Under the pieces are notes generated by a model. The model did not search any database, was not told the origin of the DNA, and saw only the letters and a list, made by a program, of their open reading frames with translations. From contig JAAWKZ010000002.1 of the NCBI GenBank assembly GCA_022797635.1, positions 17,188 to 81,187 on the forward strand: a stretch of DNA of 64,000 nt. The letters run 5' to 3'. Of this stretch, positions 38,124 through 48,042 are shown piece after piece; position 1 is the first letter of the stretch; every line of letters starts with the position of its first letter. A program made the position numbers and the translations under genes. The stretch is from Clostridia bacterium (GTDB taxonomy: Bacteria; Bacillota; Clostridia; TANB77; CAG-508).

Positions 38124-39440
38124 ATGTTTTTAAAAAAGAAAATATATAAAATCATTAGCCTTTTTCTTCTCTGTATCTCATTACTTTCTACCTTTGTATA
38201 TGCTAGTAGTATCCCTACTTGGACAACAGAAACCAAACCTTTAAATGATACTACTCCTACTAGCGGAAATGTAACTTCTTCTAGTGACTCTACAACCTCT
38301 ACTAGTCCATCACAAACTAATAGTATCGCTTCTCCTAATAACACAGTTGCAACCAATAGCAATTCTAACTTAAGCTTAAATTGTGGCAGTTGCATTTTAA
38401 TTGAGCAACACTCTGGTCAGGTTTTATATGAACAAAATATGCATGAAAAGTTAAGACCTGCTAGTGTTACAAAAGTAATGACTATTTTGCTGATTATGGA
38501 AGCTTTAGATAGTGGCAAATTGTCCTATACTGACAAAATTCCTTGCACAGAAAATGCGGCTGGTATGGGTGGCTCCCAAATTTGGTTGGATGTACGTGAA
38601 GAATTAACTGTTGATGAAATGTTAAAAGCAATCTGCGTAGTTTCTGCCAATGATTGTACTGTTGCTATGGCAGAGTATTTAGCTGGCTCTCAAGAAGCCT
38701 TTGTTGCCAAAATGAATGAAAAAGCACAAGAACTAGGTATGAAGGATACTACTTTTAAAAACTGCCATGGTATTGATGAAGATGGCCATGTTACATCTGC
38801 CTATGATATTGCTTTAATGTCTAAGGAACTATTAAATAAACATCCTTCTATTACAAAATATACTACTATTTACATGGATAGTTTAAGAGATGGTAAATCT
38901 TCTTTAGTAAATACCAATAAATTAATTCGTAATTACAAAGGCGCAACTGGGCTAAAAACTGGTTCTACTTCTGTTGCTTTATATAACTTATCTGCTAGTG
39001 CCACTCGCGATGACCTTTCTTTAATTGCAGTTATTATGAAAGCTCCTAACACCAAAATTCGTTTTGCTGAAGCTCAAAAATTATTAGACTATGGATTTGC
39101 TAATTTTGAATATAAAAAATTGGCAAGCAAAGGTGACATTATAAAAGATGTTTTAGTAGATAAGGGAATTGAGACTAATGTAAATGGAATTTTAGAAGAT
39201 GATAGTGGAATTTTAATCCAAAAAGGACAGGATAAAAACATTGAACAACAATTAGAATTGCCTACTATGATATCTTCTCCCGTAGAACAAGGGCAAGTTT
39301 TAGGAACTGTAACTTATATGCTAAACAGCCAGGAAATTGGCAAAGTCAATATTATTGCAGAAAAATCAGTTAACAAAATTTCTACTTTTACCATGATTGA
39401 AAATATTTATAGTAAATGGTTTAGTTTGCTGAGAACTTAA
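38124..39440 (+). CDS. D-alanyl-D-alanine carboxypeptidase (peptidase S11, DacB/DacF-like)
   Basis: SVTK (SxxK), SAND (SxN) and KTGST (KTG) motifs. A signal peptide and a Ser/Thr-rich linker are present. Confidence 0.85.
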   Translation: MFLKKKIYKIISLFLLCISLLSTFVYASSIPTWTTETKPLNDTTPTSGNVTSSSDSTTSTSPSQTNSIASPNNTVATNSNSNLSLNCGSCILIEQHSGQVLYEQNMHEKLRPASVTKVMTILLIMEALDSGKLSYTDKIPCTENAAGMGGSQIWLDVREELTVDEMLKAICVVSANDCTVAMAEYLAGSQEAFVAKMNEKAQELGMKDTTFKNCHGIDEDGHVTSAYDIALMSKELLNKHPSITKYTTIYMDSLRDGKSSLVNTNKLIRNYKGATGLKTGSTSVALYNLSASATRDDLSLIAVIMKAPNTKIRFAEAQKLLDYGFANFEYKKLASKGDIIKDVLVDKGIETNVNGILEDDSGILIQKGQDKNIEQQLELPTMISSPVEQGQVLGTVTYMLNSQEIGKVNIIAEKSVNKISTFTMIENIYSKWFSLLRT

Positions 39441-39490
39441 TATTCAATGGGATGGTTTACTTTAAAACAAACCACCCCATTTATCATTTT

Positions 39491-40498
39491 CTATTCCATT
39501 AATTCGTCTACTGAAATCGTATTAATTACATCAATATCATAATATATGAAATCATAATGAATTCCTAATCTATTTGTATTTAATAAATTAGTCAATTCTT
39601 TTTTCCATTCTCCTATTACTACATGTATACCTTTTCCTAGAAGGAAGATAGCATTTACGTTTTTTATCTCTCCTGCTTGAACAGCATCATATAGTTTTTC
39701 ATATCCACGGAAATTTTTTACTGGTTGCTTTTTATGTATCCTTTCTTTATGACAATGTATTTGCTGGGCAAAAATTGAATAAAAGAACAATTCTGAGAGT
39801 ATTCCCAAAGCTTCATTATCTTTATCTTTTTTTAATTCAAAAATACACAAATTTCCTTTTTTATCAATTCCCCAAAGATCATAATCTCCCCTTGTCATAA
39901 ATATCTTGCCTCTGTCTAGTTTTTCATTAGGACTATTATGAAACAATCCATTTGGTAATTGTGTATAAACACATAATAATTCATTATCTGGATACTTTTC
40001 TTGATATTTCTTTTTTAAATATTCTCTTCCTTTTTCTGTACGTCCTAATCTATTTTCTATTCTATGTTCTTCCCCCTTATTAGGGTTAAAACTTGCTTCT
40101 GCTTTTGGAAAATTATTCGTAACTTTTCTTTCTCTTAATGCTTCGTTGAATACTTTTTTAAATTGACTAATTTCTTTTTCATTTTCCTTTGCATTTTTTA
40201 CCCAATCAAATGCTTTTTCAAACATAATCATCCTATACAAAAATCTTAAGTAGGCATGTTCTTTTGCTTTTCCTTGCTCAAGTGTTCCATTCCATTCCTT
40301 GTCTTCTTCAAATTGAATTGTAACCTGAATACTGGGCTTAATGCATTTGCATATTAAAGCAAGAGATTCAAAATTTGCACTATCTGTCTGCATATTCTCA
40401 GAAGGTTTATTGATTTTTATTGTTACACTATTATTCTCTTCTATTATTTCTACATAATGTGAATGTGAAATTTTTCTAATTTCATCATATTTTTTCAT
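39491..40498 (-). CDS. Hypothetical protein with a possible PD-(D/E)xK nuclease core
   Basis: 335 aa. The GDYDLWGIDKKGNLCIFELKKDKD pattern fits D...(E)xK. It is a monocistronic unit between two hairpin terminators. Confidence 0.4.
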   Translation of the reverse strand: MKKYDEIRKISHSHYVEIIEENNSVTIKINKPSENMQTDSANFESLALICKCIKPSIQVTIQFEEDKEWNGTLEQGKAKEHAYLRFLYRMIMFEKAFDWVKNAKENEKEISQFKKVFNEALRERKVTNNFPKAEASFNPNKGEEHRIENRLGRTEKGREYLKKKYQEKYPDNELLCVYTQLPNGLFHNSPNEKLDRGKIFMTRGDYDLWGIDKKGNLCIFELKKDKDNEALGILSELFFYSIFAQQIHCHKERIHKKQPVKNFRGYEKLYDAVQAGEIKNVNAIFLLGKGIHVVIGEWKKELTNLLNTNRLGIHYDFIYYDIDVINTISVDELME

Positions 40499-40626
40499 TT
40501 TATTTCTCCTTATAATTCCATTTTTTCTTTATTCTCTTCATCTATTAAATTATATCTCTTTTTATTTATAATTAGCAAGATTTATAAAAAATAAGGCCTG
40601 TTATAAATAATAACTGGCCTTATTTT

Positions 40627-41256
40627 CTATTCTTCAAATTTCTGATTTTCTTCATCTGTTTCATCATATTCATATTCGTAAGTGATGTGTTCTGCTTTAG
40701 GCATCTTACTACGTCTTGGTCTGGTTTTGTTATTGATGTTATTAGGAGTTGGAACTGTCTCTGAAATAGTTTCTAATGTTTCTTTTAAATCTTTTCTAGC
40801 TCTCTCTTGATTTTTTAATTCTTCTCTTTTTTCTTCCTTTTTATTTTGCATATTTTTGTTCAAAAAATTATTTAACTTATCCATTAAATCTGGTACATAA
40901 TCTAATAACCTATCTACTGAAGAACAATGTTCTACTGGTAGTAATTTAACAGTGTTTTGTTGTACTACTAAAAATGCAATTGGAGAAATAGATACACCTG
41001 CTCCGCTTCCTCCTCCAAATGGTAGCCTATATTGAATAGCCTCTTCTTTTTCTCTCTTTGTATATTCATTAATAGTTTCTCCTTTAAATTCACTTCCTCC
41101 TGCTGCAAATCCAAATCCTACTTTAGAAATTGGAATAATAATTACATTATTTGTCGTCTCTATTGGTTCTCCTATAATAGTATTAACATCTATCATATCC
41201 TGTATACTATTCATAGCTGTAACCATAAGACCTTCTATGGGATGTTGCTCGTTCAT
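40627..41256 (-). CDS. ytfJ: Sporulation protein YtfJ (GerW family)
   Basis: IEGLMVTAMNSIQDMIDVNTIIGEPIET...IIPISKVGFGFAAGGSEF. Confidence 0.8.
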   Translation of the reverse strand: MNEQHPIEGLMVTAMNSIQDMIDVNTIIGEPIETTNNVIIIPISKVGFGFAAGGSEFKGETINEYTKREKEEAIQYRLPFGGGSGAGVSISPIAFLVVQQNTVKLLPVEHCSSVDRLLDYVPDLMDKLNNFLNKNMQNKKEEKREELKNQERARKDLKETLETISETVPTPNNINNKTRPRRSKMPKAEHITYEYEYDETDEENQKFEE

Positions 41257-41842
41257 TTAAATCACTTCTTCCTTTCTTTAAAAAACTACTGATTACATTT
41301 ATAATATGTACCATTTTTACCTGAATTATACAATCAAATTGAATTTTATATAAATTTTGATTTTGATAAATTGGTACAATTGTATATTCATAATTTTCTT
41401 TTTTTATATTAGTTGCTACATATGGTAATAAAATTGAAATAATAGAAGATAAACTTGTAACAGCAAATGCAGTAACTGCAGGATTCTCTAATCCTATTTG
41501 CATGTTAAATTTTAAATTAGCTATTTTAGGATGCAACTTTTTCATTAATTTCAAATCTTCCCATCTAAAATCCTTTTCTAATTTTTCTAAATCTATTTTT
41601 TCTAATTGCATTTTACTATATACTTTTCTTAATCTTTTATTGTTTAAATGGATGCTTAGCCACTTTATTTTATTTCCTAAGTATAAAGATAAGATAATTG
41701 CATAATTTTTGTCTAATTTTTCTTCTTTCATATTAGTTATACTAAAATTTTGTATTTTTACATGGATAGTAGATAATAGTATCAAAAAGAAAAATGTTAA
41801 TAGAATAATTAGTATTGTTAATAAAATAAAAACTAATACCAC
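41207..41842 (-). CDS. DUF2953/YtfI-like sporulation membrane protein
   Basis: 211 aa with an N-terminal TM. Its position immediately upstream of ytfJ matches other Firmicutes. Confidence 0.5.
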   Translation of the reverse strand: MVLVFILLTILIILLTFFFLILLSTIHVKIQNFSITNMKEEKLDKNYAIILSLYLGNKIKWLSIHLNNKRLRKVYSKMQLEKIDLEKLEKDFRWEDLKLMKKLHPKIANLKFNMQIGLENPAVTAFAVTSLSSIISILLPYVATNIKKENYEYTIVPIYQNQNLYKIQFDCIIQVKMVHIINVISSFLKKGRSDLNERATSHRRSYGYSYE

Positions 41843-41910
41843 TTGATAACCTCCTTTTCTCGAAGTTATTTGGTATTAGTTTTCCCTGTTTCTTTGTTTT
41901 TAATCAATTA

Positions 41911-42672
41911 TTATATTACTTTTCTTTTTGCCTTTTCTACATTGATGTCTCCAAAAAGTTCTTCTTGTTCTGTTAAAACTTTACTTCTCCTTGATAATTC
42001 TAATAAGCCTGTAAATGCAGTAACTACTTCTTGTTTATTGCATTTTCTAGTAGAAAACAATTTATTAAAAACAAAATGTTTTTTATGTAGTAATTCTCTA
42101 AACATGACTTTTACTTTGCTTTCAACTGTATAAGTATCTGTAATAGCAATTTTTTCAATATTTTGTGCATTTTGATTTTGCTTTTGCTCATTCTTTTTTA
42201 TTAATGTTTGATAAATTTCTGGTATAATCTCCTTACTATAATTCACTTCTAACTTTTGTTTTGGAAGTTCTATAACCTCAGGAGCTTTAAAAAATCTTTG
42301 AGAATTTTCTTCTACAGCCTCTCTAAATTTCTTGGTAATCTCTTTATATTTCTTATATTCAATAATTCTTCTTAATAGTTCTTCTTCTGTTAACTCTTTC
42401 TCATCTTCTTCGTCTGTCTTTGGCAGCAAAGATTTAGACTTTAAATATAGTAAAGTAGATGCCATTATTAAAAATTCGCTTGCAATTTCTAAATTCATTT
42501 TTTCCATTTCATTTAAATACTGAATATATTGCTCTGTAATTTCACTTATTTTAATTTCACAAATATCCATTTTATTTTTATCAATTAAATGGCATAACAA
42601 ATCAAGAGGACCTTCAAAGTTCTCAATTTTAATCTTATATTTATTTGTTTCTAATGTTAGTACATTTTGCAT
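41911..42672 (-). CDS. scpA: Segregation and condensation protein A
   Basis: KIENFEGPLDLLCHLIDKNKMDICEIKISEITEQYIQYL is a typical ScpA N-terminus. Length is 253 aa. Confidence 0.85.
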   Translation of the reverse strand: MQNVLTLETNKYKIKIENFEGPLDLLCHLIDKNKMDICEIKISEITEQYIQYLNEMEKMNLEIASEFLIMASTLLYLKSKSLLPKTDEEDEKELTEEELLRRIIEYKKYKEITKKFREAVEENSQRFFKAPEVIELPKQKLEVNYSKEIIPEIYQTLIKKNEQKQNQNAQNIEKIAITDTYTVESKVKVMFRELLHKKHFVFNKLFSTRKCNKQEVVTAFTGLLELSRRSKVLTEQEELFGDINVEKAKRKVI

Positions 42673-42692
42673 TCAATTTCATTTCCTTCTAA

Positions 42693-43313
42693 TTAATCTT
42701 CAAAAGCTAATCGTATACTTTCTTTTTTATATCCCTTACGATATAAAAAATTTTCTATGTCTGTCTGTTCCATTTGATTTTGCTTTTTAGTTGCTATTTT
42801 CTTGGCACATGTTATCTCATATTCATCCAATTTCTCTTCATGGTCTGAAAAATATGTATCTATTATATCACGTTCTAATCCTTTTGCATATAGCTTGTTT
42901 CTAATTTCTTTTAAGGAAAGTGTATTAATAGCTAAAAATTCATTCATTGCTCTTTGAATATATACTACATCATTAATATAACCATTTTCTTTTAAATTTT
43001 CAATTACATCATCTAGTAAATTTGGGTTTACCAAAGAAGAAGAGAACTTCTGTCTAACTTCTTTTTCTGTTCTCTTCTTATATACTATATATTTTAATAC
43101 CTTTGTTTTCAAGTTATCAAACTCTACTAACTCATTATTATCACTTTTGGATTTTTGTTTGATTTGAGAAGTCATCTCTTCTTTTAGTTGTTGTACATCA
43201 ACTTGACCATTTTTTTGCCTTTTTTGAGTTAGCTGATGTTTATCTCTTTGTATAATATTATCAATATAGGCACGGATTTCCTCTCTAGAAGAGTTTTGAT
43301 TTAATTGACTCAT
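42693..43313 (-). CDS. recX: Recombination regulator RecX
   Basis: 206 aa directly downstream of recA, with repeated helical YINDVVY-type segments. Confidence 0.7.
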   Translation of the reverse strand: MSQLNQNSSREEIRAYIDNIIQRDKHQLTQKRQKNGQVDVQQLKEEMTSQIKQKSKSDNNELVEFDNLKTKVLKYIVYKKRTEKEVRQKFSSSLVNPNLLDDVIENLKENGYINDVVYIQRAMNEFLAINTLSLKEIRNKLYAKGLERDIIDTYFSDHEEKLDEYEITCAKKIATKKQNQMEQTDIENFLYRKGYKKESIRLAFED

Positions 43314-43341
43314 TCTAATACTACTCCTCTTTCTGTTTTTC

Positions 43342-44400
43342 TTACTCTTCTGGTTCTGTTTCTTGTTCTGGATCTACTTCTTCATCTCCAAGGCTTTTTT
43401 CAAAAGCTGTAGCATAATTATCCCTAATTTTTTTCTCTACTTCTTCTGCTATTTTAGGATTATCCATTAAATAGCTTTTTGCATTTTCTCTACCTTGACC
43501 AATTCTATCCCCATTATAACTAAACCACGAACCACTTTTATCAATAATTTCTAAATTAACTGCAATATCTAATAAATTGCCTTCTTTTGAAATTCCTTTG
43601 CCATAAATAATATCAAATTCTGCCTCTCTAAATGGTGGCGCCACCTTATTCTTTACTACTTTTACTCTTGTACGGTTTCCTACCACTTCTCCTTCTTGTT
43701 TAATTGCTTCAATTCTTCTAATATCTAATCTAACAGAAGCGTAGAATTTTAATGCTCTTCCTCCTGGAGTTGTTTCTGGATTTCCAAACATAACACCAAC
43801 TTTTTCTCTTAATTGGTTAATAAATACAATAACACATTTTGATTTGTTAATAACACCTGCTAATTTTCTTAAAGCTTGTGACATTAATCTTGCTTGTAAA
43901 CCAACATGGCTATCTCCCATATCTCCATCAATTTCAGCTTTTGGCACTAATGCTGCAACTGAGTCTACTACAATAATATCTAATGCACCACTTCTTACTA
44001 ATGCTTCTGCAATTTCTAGTGCCTGTTCACCTGTATCTGGTTGGGATACAATTAAGTTGTCAATATCTACCCCTAAATGTTTTGCATATACTGGATCTAA
44101 AGCATGTTCTGCATCAATAAAAGCTGCCTCCCCTCCCATTTTTTGAGCTTCTGCAATTACATGTAAAGCTAAAGTAGTTTTACCAGAAGACTCTGGTCCA
44201 AATACTTCTATAATTCTTCCTCTAGGAATTCCTCCAATTCCCAATGCTATATCTAAACTTAAAGCTCCTGTTGGTATAGCCTCTACATTCATTGCTGTGA
44301 AATCTCCTAATTTCATAACAGAACCTTTACCGAATTGTTTTTCAATTTGTCCTAATGCTGCCTCTAGTGCTTTCATTTTTTCTGGATTTTCATTACTCAT
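43342..44400 (-). CDS. recA: Recombinase RecA
   Basis: [19 protein letters not shown], Walker [10 protein letters not shown] and [22 protein letters not shown]. Confidence 0.97.
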   Translation of the reverse strand: MSNENPEKMKALEAALGQIEKQFGKGSVMKLGDFTAMNVEAIPTGALSLDIALGIGGIPRGRIIEVFGPESSGKTTLALHVIAEAQKMGGEAAFIDAEHALDPVYAKHLGVDIDNLIVSQPDTGEQALEIAEALVRSGALDIIVVDSVAALVPKAEIDGDMGDSHVGLQARLMSQALRKLAGVINKSKCVIVFINQLREKVGVMFGNPETTPGGRALKFYASVRLDIRRIEAIKQEGEVVGNRTRVKVVKNKVAPPFREAEFDIIYGKGISKEGNLLDIAVNLEIIDKSGSWFSYNGDRIGQGRENAKSYLMDNPKIAEEVEKKIRDNYATAFEKSLGDEEVDPEQETEPEE

Positions 44401-44474
44401 TTTCTCTTCCTCCTAGTTTATTTTTATTCTTTCCTCTGTTTCTTCTATTCTCTAGATTTCATTTTTTGTGTTAT

Positions 44475-44486
44475 AAACGTATGTTT
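44475..44486 (-). promoter_or_regulatory. LexA (Cheo)-box-like operator at the recA promoter
   Basis: AAACnnnnGTTT palindrome (aaacgtatgttt) immediately downstream of a TTGACA-16-TATAAT promoter (44520..44493, minus strand). Confidence 0.45.
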
Positions 44487-44555
44487 GTACTTATTATATC
44501 TTATTTTTTTCTTTTGTCAAGCATTTTTTATTATTTTTCATTTTATATTTTGAAG

Positions 44556-44609
44556 GTATGTCCCTAACCTGACAACTTTGTCAGAAAAAGGAACGTCCCC
44601 AACCAGACA
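44556..44609. repeat. Copy 3 (half element) of the TGTCAG...CTGACA repeat family
   Basis: ggtatgtccctaacctgaca-actt-tgtcagaaaaaggaacgtccccaaccagaca is close to the reverse complement of the left half of copy 2. It abuts the stop of gene 44610..46229. Confidence 0.8.
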
Positions 44610-46229
44610 TCACTGCCTATACCACTGGCTAAATTGATAAAAAATACTATAACTATTAGGTGTAACTTCTCCTCTTACACTTTGTCCATAAGCAACTGTC
44701 ACTTGGTTACAATACAAACCTAAATATGGCACTTCTCTTCTCCAAGTTTCTGCTATTTTTTGATATGCTTCTTTTTGCGAATCTTCTGATGACATAGTAC
44801 TAACTTCTTTAAATAAACCATTTATTTCTGCATTTTGATAATTTGCTAGATTTCCCTTTTCTAAAAAAATATTTAATTCTGGGCTATATCCATTATATAC
44901 TCCTGTTAAAAGAATTTCATATCCATGATTTATTAATATGTTTTTGTAATCATTTTCTGACACTTTCTTCACTTTAACTTGAATTCCAATTGTTTCTAAT
45001 TGTTTTTTTATTTCCTCTACTACCTTTACTCTTTGTCTGTTTTTTTCTTGAACTGTTATTGTAAAATTTAGTGTTCTTGTTCGTCCTTCTATTTCCTTTG
45101 ACCAAATACCATACTCAAATTTCCAACCATTGTCTTTTAGAATTTTCTTCGCCTCTTCTTGATTAAAAACTTCTCCCCATTCTAAATCCTTTGCTAAGTA
45201 ATTTCCATAGTTTAAAGGTAAATTTGCTACATACGCTTTTTCTTCTAAAACAGAGGAAACTATCTTTCCTTTATCAATTGTTTTTTGAACAGCTTGTCTC
45301 ACCTCTACATTTTGAAGAACAGAATCTTTACAATTAAAAGCTAAATAGTCATATTCTCTTCCTGGATATTGCTTTTTCTGGTACCCCATACTGCCAATAT
45401 ATTCTTCATATTGATTATTATTAGTGTGTATTAAATCAATGTTGCCTAATCGAAAACTGTTATATACTTCTCCCATATCTTTATAAAGGGAAATAGTGAT
45501 TGCTTTTATATTACTATCTTCTTTTTCGATATTGTGCCAATTTTCATTTTTAGTTAATTCTATTACTTCTTTGTCTAGTCTTGTAACTTTATATTTTCCT
45601 GTTCCAATTGGCAATTCTTTTGACTTTGCCATGTCTTTTCCTTCATATTGTTTTTGAGATAAAATTGGAAAAATCAACCTATATTCAAAAAATGGAATTT
45701 CCTTTTTTAGTTCTAATCGAATAGTATGTTTATCTACAACTTCGGCCTTCTGAATATCTTTTACATTTTCTAGATAAATAGATTTTTTGTTGTTTTGGAT
45801 TTGTTCAATAGTAAACTTAACATCTTCTGCTGTAAACTCGTTATTATTTTGCCATTTCACATTTTCTTTTAACTTTATAATATAACTCTTTTCTGATACT
45901 TTAGACCATTCCTTAGTTAAACAGTTTTCTACTCTATAGTCTTGTGTAATTGTTAATAATGGTTCAAAAATAAGAGAAGCTATTTGTATCACATCTTTGT
46001 TTTGCGTTATATGTGGATTAATACTATCAAATTTAGAAATACCTAATCGAAAGTTTGTAATCATATTTGTCTTTTCATATTTTATATCTGCATTTCCCTG
46101 CTTGTCCTCTTTACTTTCAGCATAAGTAAAATATGTAGTAATCCCAATTATTCCTAATATGATGATGATACAAAGAAATAATTTAACCTTATTAATCTTC
46201 ATAGCCAGTCTCCTTTTACGTTTTATCAT
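44610..46229 (-). CDS. ABC transporter substrate-binding protein, family 5 (peptide/nickel type), orphan
   Basis: 539 aa with an N-terminal TM/signal. The overall SBP_bac_5-like pattern includes PLLTITQDYRVENCLTKEW. No cognate permease is adjacent. Confidence 0.6.
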   Translation of the reverse strand: MIKRKRRLAMKINKVKLFLCIIIILGIIGITTYFTYAESKEDKQGNADIKYEKTNMITNFRLGISKFDSINPHITQNKDVIQIASLIFEPLLTITQDYRVENCLTKEWSKVSEKSYIIKLKENVKWQNNNEFTAEDVKFTIEQIQNNKKSIYLENVKDIQKAEVVDKHTIRLELKKEIPFFEYRLIFPILSQKQYEGKDMAKSKELPIGTGKYKVTRLDKEVIELTKNENWHNIEKEDSNIKAITISLYKDMGEVYNSFRLGNIDLIHTNNNQYEEYIGSMGYQKKQYPGREYDYLAFNCKDSVLQNVEVRQAVQKTIDKGKIVSSVLEEKAYVANLPLNYGNYLAKDLEWGEVFNQEEAKKILKDNGWKFEYGIWSKEIEGRTRTLNFTITVQEKNRQRVKVVEEIKKQLETIGIQVKVKKVSENDYKNILINHGYEILLTGVYNGYSPELNIFLEKGNLANYQNAEINGLFKEVSTMSSEDSQKEAYQKIAETWRREVPYLGLYCNQVTVAYGQSVRGEVTPNSYSIFYQFSQWYRQ

Positions 46230-46342
46230 ATACTAAAGTATTTACTTTTTCAATAAATTCATACAAAAGGGCACAAAAATATTCATTCATATTTTTGTGC
46301 CCCTAATATCTATATACTATTTCCTTATCAAAAATCCTTTTT

Positions 46343-46606
46343 TTATTTTCTACCTTCTACCATAAGCTTGATGCCTGTTCTTTCTTCTCCTTCTACTTCT
46401 ACCTCAGCAAATGCTGGTATACATACCAAGTCCACGCCTGCTGGTGCTACAAATCCTCTTGCTATTGCGATTGCCTTTACTGCTTGATTAAGAGCTCCCG
46501 CTCCAATTGCTTGCATTTCTGCTTTGTTAGATTCTTTTACCAAACCAGCAATTGCTCCTGCTACTGAATTTGGATTTGATTTTGATGAGATTTTTAAAAT
46601 TTCCAT
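46343..46606 (-). CDS. spoVS: Stage V sporulation protein S
   Basis: MEILKISSKSNPNSVAGAIAG...AIGAGALNQAVKAIAIARGF. Length is 87 aa. Confidence 0.95.
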   Translation of the reverse strand: MEILKISSKSNPNSVAGAIAGLVKESNKAEMQAIGAGALNQAVKAIAIARGFVAPAGVDLVCIPAFAEVEVEGEERTGIKLMVEGRK

Positions 46607-46738
46607 TTTTTGCCTCCTATAATTTTTATTTTTGTTACCTGTGAACAGTTATAGTTATATTATATTTATAGGATTTTGTCTATATATTTTTGGAAAAAAG
46701 TGGAAAATTTCATCGCATTTTTTTACATTTCATTTTCT

Positions 46739-47512
46739 TTATCGAATAAATAATCTATTAATCTTCTCTGTTCGACAATTTTCGTCATTTACTTCGAAAA
46801 CTACCCCATTAAAAATGCAATCTCCTTCTGCTAATTTATATCTTTCTGGAAGTGAAGTTTGAAATCTTTTCACTGATGCTTCCACTTCCATACCAATAAC
46901 AGAATTTTTTGGTCCTGTCATTCCTAAATCAGTAATATATCCAGTTCCTTTTTCTGTAACTTCCTCATCTGCTGTTTGTACATGGGTATGTGTTCCAAAT
47001 AAAGCTGTTACTTTTCCATCCAAACAATGTTTCATCGCAATTTTTTCAGCTGTTGCTTCTGCATGAAAATCCACAAAAATCATATCTGCTTTTTCTGAAA
47101 TTTTCTTTATAATTTCTTCTGCTACTGTAAATGGATTTTCTGATAGTACTCCCATATTCGTTCTTCCTATTAAATCAACTACTGCTATTTTTTTGTTTTT
47201 ACATTCATAAATGAAGTATCCTCTTCCTTGTACTCCTTTAGAATAATTAGCTGGTCTTAATATTTTAGGATGATTAATGAATTCAAAAATGTCCTTTTTG
47301 GCCCAAGTATGATTTCCCATAGTCATACTATCTACTTCTAATTTTAATAGCTTATTAAAAGTTTTAAATGTAATTCCCATTCCTCCTGCTACATTTTCTG
47401 CATTTACAATTACAAAATCTATTTGATATTCCTCTTTTATTTTTGGTAGCACTTCTGTCAACTTTTCTAACCCATTTTCTCCTACTAAGTCCCCTACTGC
47501 TAGTATATTCAT
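46739..47512 (-). CDS. ymdB: 2',3'-cyclic-nucleotide 2'-phosphodiesterase YmdB (TIGR00282 metallophosphoesterase)
   Basis: MNILAVGDLVGENG... GNHTW, DFHAEATAEK and GTHTHVQTADE motifs. The start was moved to the conserved M24 of the track ORF. Confidence 0.85.
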   Translation of the reverse strand: MNILAVGDLVGENGLEKLTEVLPKIKEEYQIDFVIVNAENVAGGMGITFKTFNKLLKLEVDSMTMGNHTWAKKDIFEFINHPKILRPANYSKGVQGRGYFIYECKNKKIAVVDLIGRTNMGVLSENPFTVAEEIIKKISEKADMIFVDFHAEATAEKIAMKHCLDGKVTALFGTHTHVQTADEEVTEKGTGYITDLGMTGPKNSVIGMEVEASVKRFQTSLPERYKLAEGDCIFNGVVFEVNDENCRTEKINRLFIR

Positions 47513-47604
47513 TTTCTCTTGACCTTCTTTCTCTTCTATTCTATTTGCTATTATCATACTATACTTTTTATAATTTAGCAAATATAAAAAAACTGCTATT
47601 TTAC

Positions 47605-47633
47605 TTTACATAATTCGCAAAATTTGATATAAT
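47605..47633 (+). promoter_or_regulatory. Near-consensus sigma-A promoter with an extended -10, driving the GC-rich orphan ORF
   Basis: TTTACA (47605-47610), 17-nt spacer, TGaTATAAT (47625-47633). Confidence 0.55.
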
Positions 47634-47694
47634 AGAAATACCATTATGTTTTTCCCTAATTAATGGTAAATAAACCATAGGGAGGTGCAAGCTT

Positions 47695-48027
47695 ATGATG
47701 AAGTTTGCAGAAATTGTCCGGGAAGCCGGATTAAACACCGAGGACGTCCCGCACGTTTCTCAGCTGCCTATCATCTTGTATGATAGTAAAAGACGGGCAA
47801 TTGAAGACGAAACCATTAAATTCGTCGAGCCCCTCTTTAAGGAAAATCCTGCATCGCACAAAAGTTTTTTCAACTTCTGTACTGAGCTCGAACAGCAGCT
47901 TGCCAGTAGTAGTGTATACCAGGATTTTTCCTCTAGCCTGTCTGCCCAGATATCAGAGTCCGCTTTGATTCTCTGGTATGACTCTTGCGGTCCTTATATT
48001 TTTTTAAGGCATCCGCGTTCCATTTAA
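47695..48027 (+). CDS. Hypothetical protein in GC-rich island B, inserted antisense between rny and ymdB
   Basis: 110-aa ORF with an AGGGAGGTG RBS. My hand count gives about 50% G+C. It contains two in-frame CGG codons (both CGGG), unlike any native gene here. No recognisable family. Confidence 0.45.
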   Translation: MMKFAEIVREAGLNTEDVPHVSQLPIILYDSKRRAIEDETIKFVEPLFKENPASHKSFFNFCTELEQQLASSSVYQDFSSSLSAQISESALILWYDSCGPYIFLRHPRSI

Positions 48028-48042
48028 GCAAACAGGCAAAAC

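Noticed and set aside
46632-46862. ORF 46632..46862 (+) between spoVS and ymdB
   Set aside because: It overlaps the 3' end of ymdB, has no RBS, and gives a hydrophobic, low-complexity translation.
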